Origin: Octopus bimaculoides
Taxonomy: Eukaryota
Assembly: GCF_001194135.2 (NCBI RefSeq)
Contig: NC_068981.1
Span: 175,503,253-175,563,508 of the forward strand
Direction of reading: 5' to 3'
Length of the DNA stretch: 60,256 nt
Made by a program: the position numbers and the translations under genes. Shown here piece by piece: positions 50,431-60,256 of the stretch. Position 1 is the stretch's first letter, and every line of letters begins with the position of its first letter. The notes beneath the pieces were generated by a model. The model saw nothing but the letters and a program-made list of their open reading frames with translations. It was not told the origin of the DNA and made no database searches.

Positions 50431-52789
50431 GAGTAGAAACAAACAAGTTGGTCATTAGTTGGAGAGTATAATTCTCATGTTCTTCACAAAATTGGAGCAG
50501 AGAGAATAATTAAATAATTTCGGTACACATATACCCTTTACATATATGTTGGCAGTAAATCATATATCTGTTGGTTTTGTATAAGATACATCTGAGTAAC
50601 AATTTTGTTATTGATCAAATCCTTTCGGTCTGCAAGAAGTCTTTGGGGCACGAAGTCATTATTTAGCTTATTTATATATTAAGTTCATTCTCAAAAAAAA
50701 AAAAGTTCCTCTTTTATGTATTCAATGAACTTACATAATTTCATTTATTTTATGGTCTTTACATATCAAATTATAATACGTAAACGATAAATATTTAATT
50801 TATTTCCATTGAAGTGTCGTTCGAACAATTGTGCATCGATCTCAAGACAGAAAGGTGGCAAAACAAGATCGATAGTGTTGAGAAACGATATACTGGTTTG
50901 GGGGAGCCAACAAAGCGGGAACCTGTGGATTCTAGCAAGAAGGTGAGAAAAGATTCTATGAAGTGTTGACACGAAATGATCTGGTGAAATTTTAGACTAT
51001 GAATATCAGAAAAATCAGCGGTAGTATCAGCCAGATGATATACATACACACGCATACAAAAATTTTCAATCATACACTCACATACGCGCACACGCACTGA
51101 CACAGACATATTTATTAAAAGGTTTGACTCAACTCCCATGGCTTTGAGTCTCGTGGTTTCATAGGACGAATCCATCTCATCAAATATATAAAGAGGACAG
51201 GGAGAGAGAGAGAAAGAGAGAGAGGGAGAGAGAGAGAGATATAGCGAGAGAGAGAGAGAGAGAGGAGGGGAGAGACAAAGGGAGAGATAGGGAGATACAG
51301 AAAGAGGGGGAGTTAATTTCGGAGGATGTGGCGTAATTCACGGTGTGTTTGCGCGCGCGCACACTATATCACATCGTCTGAATTCAGTTAAAAAAACATG
51401 AATAATAGAAAGTAAATAGTAAAAAGCAAGTTGATATTTTTTTTTACTCTCTCACTTTTTTGCCTCTGTCTTCCAACCTTCGGCATTTCGTTAACATATT
51501 CTTCCCCACTTTTTTTTTTCAGATTACTTTAAACCTAGTAATAGACAAATACGCGTTTATCGCCACAGATGTCATCCAAATGCTTTTACTATTGATTTAA
51601 AAAAAAAAAAATCTTTAACAAACGTGTTTCAGATTTTTTTTTCCAAAATGTTATCGAAAATACTTGTTCATCGGCTTACAAAGATATTCACGTAACTAAA
51701 ACTAGGAAACTCGCTAATGATTATTAGCCACGTCAATAAAGACCTTTTGAAAGAAGCTGTTGGTTATTGGCTCGAGATTTATAGTGTAATAGGGATTAGT
51801 TATAAATCTCCATCAACAAAGAATAACTTTTGTCCCAGATAACAGTGCTGTGAGTTAGGCGTTTGCTACCCCTGATAACAAAGTGATGAGGATTAATGAA
51901 GGGGATTTTGCAATGAGCAGAGCTGTTCACAACACAACTGAATAACCTCGTTGTTTTGAACTTGTGACCAATTAGGGTACCAGTATCAATTAATATGCGA
52001 ACACACACACACGCATACATACATACAAATATATACATAGATATATATTATATAATATATGTATCATCTATATTATTTAATATATTTTTATACATATATG
52101 CATACGTATATGTATATATGTATGTATGTTTGTATGTATGTATGTATGTATGTATGTATGTATGTATGTATGTATTATGTATGTATGTATGTATGTATGT
52201 ATGTATGTATATATGTGGGGTTATTTCGTTCCTACAATAACTGCAATTCATTGGTTGCTGAAGTGTTACGAAAGATTTCCCCCAACTTACCAGTAGTTGC
52301 CATTAGTAGGCATTATATACCTTAAATTGTCACAAGTTGCCAAAAGCTGTCCAGCAGCTGTCAACTTAAAATCTAATTAACACTAATTGAATCATTTAAA
52401 ATATGGCAAAGGTTCAGATAAAGAGTATTTTAGAAATCAATTACACGTTTAGAGCACTTATTCACCATCACTACCACTACCACAACTACTACCGCCACCA
52501 GTTTCACTATAAACACTACCAACCATTTATAGTAACTAATACAACTATTATCCTCTCTGTAAGCATCACTATAAACATTTTCCTCATTATTTCAAATACG
52601 ATCGCCATTACAACTGGTACACAGTTATTATGATTCTGATGAACATCAGCATCATCAGTTCTTGGCAAAATAGACGACACACATTGATTACTGTCTGGTT
52701 CCGATACAGTCACACTTCAGAGTAAGCTAGATTACGTGGTTCCAGATAAGACTTTGGCAGAGTGTATTATCCGGTATTATTAGGACAAT

Positions 52790-52942
52790 GATTTCCTTTC
52801 TATGCTCAAAATTCTCGCAAGTTCAACTTTGTCTTTCATCCTTTCAGGGACAGTGGAAGTAAGTACCAGCTAATTACTGGGGGAGAGTAATCGACTTTCT
52901 GTTCCCCTAAAATGGTTAACCTTGTGCCAAAGTGTGAGACCT
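52790..52942 (+). mobile_element. Decayed SINE family A (first of tandem pair)
   Basis: CTTTGTCTTTCATCCTTTCAGGGA...AAGTACCAGC...AACCTTGTGCCAAAG. Confidence 0.75.
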
Positions 52943-52959
52943 TTATTAGAACCATGAAC

Positions 52960-53135
52960 AAGGCGGCGACCTGATAAAAATCCTTAGCATTGCCGGACAA
53001 AATATTTGGCAGCATTTCTTCCAGATTTAAAGACTCAGTATAAATGCTATCTATGTCAATTTGCCTTTCATCCCTTTGAAGGTCGATAAAATAAACACCA
53101 ATCAAATTCTGGGGCTAATGTAATTGATTTCTCTC
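52960..53135 (+). mobile_element. Decayed SINE family A (second of tandem pair)
   Basis: AAGGCGGCGAC head; TTTGCCTTTCATCCCTTTGAAGGTCGATAAAATAAACACC core. Confidence 0.8.
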
Positions 53136-53273
53136 TTCTTATTCATACATACATGCATTCATAATATATGTCATGGCACTCCGTTGGTTACGACGACGAG
53201 GGTTCTAGTTGATCCGATCAAGACAGTGCAGGCAAAATAGTTAAGAATAGCAGCAAACATTCCTGATCCATAC

Positions 53274-53274
<1 letters not shown>

Positions 53275-53336
<62 letters not shown>

Positions 53337-53360
53337 CCAACCGACCGACCGACCGACCTA
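53275..53360. repeat. (ATCT)n-(ACCG)n microsatellite
   Basis: Directly visible. Confidence 0.95.
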
Positions 53361-53624
53361 CCGACATACCTGTCTGTCTGTTTTTTTTGTTTGTCTGCAT
53401 GGTTTAAAACGCTTACGAAACTCAGCTATTGTATGTAACAACAAAAAGGTTATTCATTGTTGCTTATATATTCCCATGAACCAAAAATTTTAAAAAAAGT
53501 TAAAATAATCTCAACAATATTACAAAGGGCAGCCATAAAAAATGTAGTAGAGGCAGTCGGAATATCATCAACAGCAAACTGTTAGCCCTTATGAAAATAA
53601 CAATAATGATAATGCTGCATGTAA

Positions 53625-54640
<1,016 letters not shown>

Positions 54641-54872
54641 AACAAATGACACTGTATAAACTTAATACTACCAATTGTAATAATGATAATAATAAGGATA
54701 TCAACACCAACTACAGCAGCAGCAGTAATAGTAATAGTAGTAGTTGTGATAGAAAATCCGAAGCATGACACAGAAAACGTTGAAAATGGAGTGTGTTCGT
54801 GTGTGTGCTGCGTTTGAGTATTTTTATACATTCATGCATGTATGTATGTATGTATGTGTACTTGTTTACGGT

Positions 54873-54876
<4 letters not shown>

Positions 54877-54947
<71 letters not shown>
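54877..54947. repeat. (GT)n
   Basis: Directly visible. Confidence 0.95.
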
Positions 54948-54950
<3 letters not shown>

Positions 54951-55549
54951 AGGCACTTGCAGATATTTTTCGGATAATGCAACGGTCGATAAATGGTTTA
55001 CAGAAAGAAATACGATATCAAAAATCAGGTTAATAGTACAGAAAATTTAAATTATTAATGCTAAACTCCATTGTACGCATTAGAAAAATCGAATTTGGCT
55101 ATAATTTAATAAAAATGATTAATTATTATTATTTAACTTTATTAGTACCTTTCAGTAAGTTAGATGAAAATGTGCGTTGTTGCCCTTCTTCAAAGTTCAT
55201 TTCTGGTGTTGAAAAATCAAAGAAAACCGACGAATTCTATAGGAAGGACTTAATGTAATTTAACGCTTTGGAGACGAAACCTATTGATGCTTCTATAATA
55301 AACAATTTAGAACCATTTCTCTAAGCTACGAAAAATAATAAAGAATTTGTTATTTAAAATTATGTAAAAACTAATTGAGTTCAATCCTCAAAGAAAAGGG
55401 TCTTTCATAGAATACACACACACACACATACACAATATCCCTGTTCCATATAAACACATATATGCATTATATATATATATATAATGTGTGTGTATGTGTG
55501 TGTATATATATATATGCACATGTATATACATACATACATACAAACAAAC

Positions 55550-55618
<69 letters not shown>

Positions 55619-55834
55619 CGTATTTATATGCACATACACAAAGCACACAGATATACACATATATGGTGATATTAAAAGAAAGACTGAAATTTGTTGTATC
55701 TTTTAAATTCCTTACTCTCCCTTTTACACAATAATAGGTATATATGTATATGCACATGAACACGCACGCAGACATACAGGCGTTATTGTTTATAAACGAA
55801 CAAAAATAAAATGAACTCAATACAAGGTTTAGAA

Positions 55835-55887
<53 letters not shown>

Positions 55888-56131
55888 GCGTGTGGTGATT
55901 CATTCTTTGTGTTTCCTGCATAAATCTGGCGCGCCGGCAGTTTCCATGCAAGAAATAGTCTAGAAATAATAAATCGACGCCATGTTATTATGCTTACTGC
56001 TTTTGAAATGAAAGCAGGATTTTCTGTTGTTACTGCATTTTGTCTGCGATAGTGGGTCATTAGCAATAAAGTAATGTATTAGATGATAGACGTTCTTGTA
56101 TCCATCGCACGCTTTCTGTCAGGTGTAATAT

Positions 56132-56347
56132 CGGTTGCAAATTTTGTCACAAAGCCAGCGATTTCGTGGAAGGAATTAAGACGAATACATCAACCCCAGT
56201 AATCAACAGTCATTATTTTATAGACCGAGAAATGACGAAAAGCAAAGTAGACATAGGTGGTATTTGAACTCAGTATGTTAAGACGGATGAAATGCCGCTA
56301 AGCACTTTGCCCGGCGTGCAAACGCTTCTGTCATCTCACCGCTTTTA
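56132..56347 (-). mobile_element. SINE family A, diverged, perfect 13-bp TSD
   Basis: TCAGGTGTAATAT at 56119-56131 and 56348-56360. Confidence 0.93.
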
Positions 56348-56662
56348 TCAGGTGTAATATTGCCGGTCTTTATTGTCCATTCTGTATTTCCTTTATTAAG
56401 ATAACATGTAGTGATTGAGATAAATTACGTTGCTACTTCTTGCAGATCGAGTGAGGGCTGAGGGTTCCTTGTTGACGCTGTTGACGCTATTTCGCATTTT
56501 ATAGCACAATAGTGCAATATGCAGTTTCCTTATCTCACAAAACTTGACTCATACTCATAATTTTAGTCATAGATTATCATTGAGGAGACTTAGGTTTGAA
56601 CGTTATTCCAACTATGACCATCCCATCCTTATTTCTTTATATATTGTATCATATCTAATCTC

Positions 56663-57065
56663 TTTTCTTTTTACTCTTTTTTACTTGTTTCAATCATTTG
56701 ACTGCGGCCATGCTGGGGCACCGCTTTTAGTCGAGCAAATCGACCCCAGGACTTATTCTTTGTAAGCCTAGTACTTATTCTATCGGTCTATTTTGCCGAA
56801 CCGCTAAGTTACGGGGACGTAAACACACCAGCATCGGTTGTCAAGCAATGCTGGCGGGACAAACACAGACGCACAAACATATACACACACACATACATAT
56901 ATATATATACATATATACGACGGGATTCTTTCAGTTTCCGTCTACCAAATCCACTCACAATGCTTTGGTCGGCCCGAGACTATAGTAGAAGACACTTGAC
57001 CAAGGTGTCACGCAGTAGGAATGAACCCAGAACCATGTGGTTGGTAAGTAAGCCACTCCTGCGCC
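56663..57065 (-). mobile_element. SINE family B, full-length gap-free copy
   Basis: All modules visible; head lacks about 15 nt relative to the 48043-48750 copy. Confidence 0.96.
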
Positions 57066-59612
57066 TAATGTGTATTTCCTGTTTGAAGTTGGTATGTGTG
57101 TGAGTTAATCGAGATTTGGATGCCACTTCTCGTAAGTCGAGCGATAAAAGCATAGGTTTATTTGCTGTTTCATCCAATGTTTATGTGTTTCTCGGAGTCA
57201 TTATCAACAAATTTAGTTGCTCTGAGTCGTCTTCAACTGAGTTTAAAATTAGGTCACAAAACCAGGTCAACAGAAGCTTGATTAGCACCACTCCCTTTTT
57301 ATTGACTACTCAAACTTTATATTATTCTTATTTAATTACTTGCTTTCGATTTTCATTTTGATTTTCACCCCTTAGAAAAAAATAAAATAACATGAAATAA
57401 AGTTTAAATAAAATAGACAAAAAGAAAACACGGAATAGAAATGTAATTATTTAAAAAAAAATTCAATTTGTGATATTTTAGTTTTCTTATACTTTATTGC
57501 TTTGATTTTTCTTTTTTAATTTTCCTTTTTGGCAATGAAATGAGAAGAAATGAAGTAGGTGAGGATAAAGAAATACAAAGATGTAAACAACATTAAAAGA
57601 TGTAAAAAGAAAAGACAAAAAATGTGTAACTACTAGTGAATCTTTAAAAACTGGAACGAAGATTTTTTTTTTATCAATTTCTTCTTAACAATAAGCATTG
57701 TGTTTTCTATCAAACAAATGTCACAAGCAGAAAGGGGAGAAATGTGTATGGGTGAATGCGAAGCAAATGAGGAGTGAGAAAATGGTGAAATAGTATTTAT
57801 AGCAAGAGATAAAATTAAATGAAAATAAAAAAAAAAGAGCGAGATGTAATGAGGATATGAAGGTATAAAAATAAATACAAGAAAAATATAAAATGAAACA
57901 GTGTGTGGTAGAGTGAGAGAGTTGTAAATTGTGTTTTCGAATATTAAAGGTTTTTTTTTTTATCATTCTAGAAATAACATGAAGAACATTATTGAGTCTA
58001 GCCACAATAATAATGATCATAAAGATAATGATATTAAGAACAACAAAATCACCTGAAAAAAATGTGAGCACAACAATAATAACAAAAGGCCTATTACAAC
58101 AATGATATTTCTAATAATGATTATCATTATTGTTTACTTGCCACAAGGGCAGCAAATGATGGAATATTACGAAGAAAAATGAAAAACTGGTGTGGATTTA
58201 CGCAAAATCGTTTACAAAAAGCAAGAAAGTAACGCATCGTTTTACAAAATGAATCCTATGAAATATTTTGATATAGTGACAAATCGCTAGGTCCAATTAA
58301 GTAATAGCATATATTCATAATTACTTTGACCATTTGTGTTTCTGACTACGGGGGCATGTTGAGAGCAAATTCTCTGGAAGGTAGGACTTTTCCGTCTTTT
58401 CTCTCCTTCCTGTACAATTAGAAGTTAGAAGTATCGATGAATGCTTGCCCATTGTGTAGGTGTCTGTCTAAACGTATTCGTATATTATTTCTTTCACTAC
58501 AGCGAGGAGACAGGGAAACTGCTTGCGTTTTACGACTACAGAAAAACAGTTAAGTAATTTTCACGATGGAAATGGCTGATGGCAGGAACTGTCTTGTGCA
58601 CAATTACGGCTTGTGGCATACTTCTGAAGTCAGAAATACCCGGGCACTGAACGAGCGCATGTAGAAGAGTTACGTCGCTCTGCGTGCATCTCTGACTATT
58701 AATCAAAAATTAAGAAAGTAAAGATCTAAAGCAAAAACAATTTATTAAGTGCAGGAGGATGAAAAGCAAAATTCGCCTTGGCGGAACTTGAACAAAAAAA
58801 AACACAACAAACTCTATTTAGCACCCCTAAAAACTCAGCCAAATCGCCGATCCATCCTTATAAATTGAAAAAAAAATTGTCAAGCTGTAAAGTTACAATA
58901 AACATTGCACCTTATGTGCTCAATAATAAATATATAGAATGTAAAGGATATATGTATATGTGTCTGAGTGTGCGTACGTATGAGTGTGTGTGTGGTAATC
59001 TGTGCCTGCAAATGAATAATTTCAATTTATTGTATCTTATATCATTTATATATCGTAATGTTAGTATTCGAATAATTTTCCCCTTCTTCATTCACTCATT
59101 CACTCTATTTCTCACTTTCTTTCACTTACATACTTCCTTTGCTCTTATATATTCAATCTTTTCTTCTTTTGCTTTGTTCTGTTTCATTCTACATGTATAC
59201 GTATACTCACAAATACACACACACACATACACACACACACACATGCACAAAATTATGCACAGGTGCACGCACGCATAATCTTAAACCTACTTGTTTTCTC
59301 ATGCCTTCCTTTCTCCTACCTGTTCTCTCTATCAAACTCAATTTTTCCTTCTCACTCCCTCTCTCTCATGCCTTCTTTCCATTTTCTTGCATCCACTGTT
59401 TCGACCCCTCTTTCTAGTCATTCTCTCCCTATCAATCGCTTCACCTCTGTCCCTTTCTCTTCCTGTTTGTCTCTTTGATATTTTTCCTGTTTGCCTGAAA
59501 ACTGTCAAACTACAATTCTCTGCTAGTCTGAATCTTTATTTTTTCTTTCTCTTTCACTGCATTCTCTTTCTGTCGTTCTGTCTACCTGCCTGTCTGTCTG
59601 TCTCTCAGTCTC

Positions 59613-59616
<4 letters not shown>

Positions 59617-59665
<49 letters not shown>

Positions 59666-59709
59666 NNNNNNNNNNNNNNNNNNNNNNNNNNNNNNNNNNN
59701 NNNNNNNNN

Positions 59710-59800
<91 letters not shown>
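59617..59800. repeat. (CT)n spanning a gap
   Basis: Directly visible. Confidence 0.95.
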
Positions 59801-59801
<1 letters not shown>

Positions 59802-59931
59802 GCTCTGTTGTTATGTCCATCATGCTTTTCATCATCATCATGACCATACTTCTGTTACTACATTAATTATTTATCTTTGTTTTTCCTTTCAGTTATCTGT
59901 CTCCACTTCACAAATCCTCCACTAAGTACAG

Positions 59932-59994
<63 letters not shown>

Positions 59995-60256
59995 CTATCT
60001 CTCCCTCTCTCTCTCTCTCCTCTTCTTCGAAAATCTATCCAGCTTTTCTTTCAATTCCTCCTTAACACTTCCTCCCCCAATCTTCGTCATTTTTTTAATC
60101 CCTTGTCTCCCCCCACATTTCCGACACTAACCCATTCCCAACTGCTTTTTTTCCTTCCCTTGCCCTAAAGACACGGTTTGTCGAAGCAATCAGAACTAAA
60201 GACCAGAAAGAAGAAGAAAAAAAGTAACAGAAGACACTATTTTCTGTCGCGGTCAG

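Noticed and set aside
53175-53222. GGCACTCCGTTGGTTACGACGACGAGGGTTCTAGTTGATCCGATCAA as head of another repeat family
   Set aside because: Looks familiar from memory but is single-copy here and under 50 bp, so not supportable from the window.

Overview
AT-rich, microsatellite-dense eukaryotic draft assembly with 14 N-gaps. The SINE families and repeat landscape point to a coleoid cephalopod, probably Octopus; this is recalled family knowledge, not a search result. No host gene, rRNA, true tRNA or CRISPR array is supportable, and nearly all long ORFs in the track are simple-repeat or N-gap artefacts. The window is a graveyard of transposons. It holds three tRNA-derived SINE families (about 25 copies or fragments, three with perfect TSDs), an RTE LINE with an inverted 5' half, an R4/Dong-like RLE LINE ending in (TAA)n, and decayed CR1/L2-group, Rex1/Babar-like, RTE and Penelope-like pieces. 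It also holds three clear mariners (one with TIRs and TA TSDs) plus a weak fourth, a Chapaev-3-like transposon and non-autonomous Helitrons. Most notable: a perfect spacerless 170-bp palindrome (25732-25901), a twin-priming-type RTE inversion (12166-13843), a minimal hammerhead-ribozyme motif (42690-42727, minus), a complete 91-bp Helitron, an unassigned 495-bp element inside (AAT)n, and a decayed repeat with C2H2 zinc-finger-like register. I see no convincing new multi-gene system.
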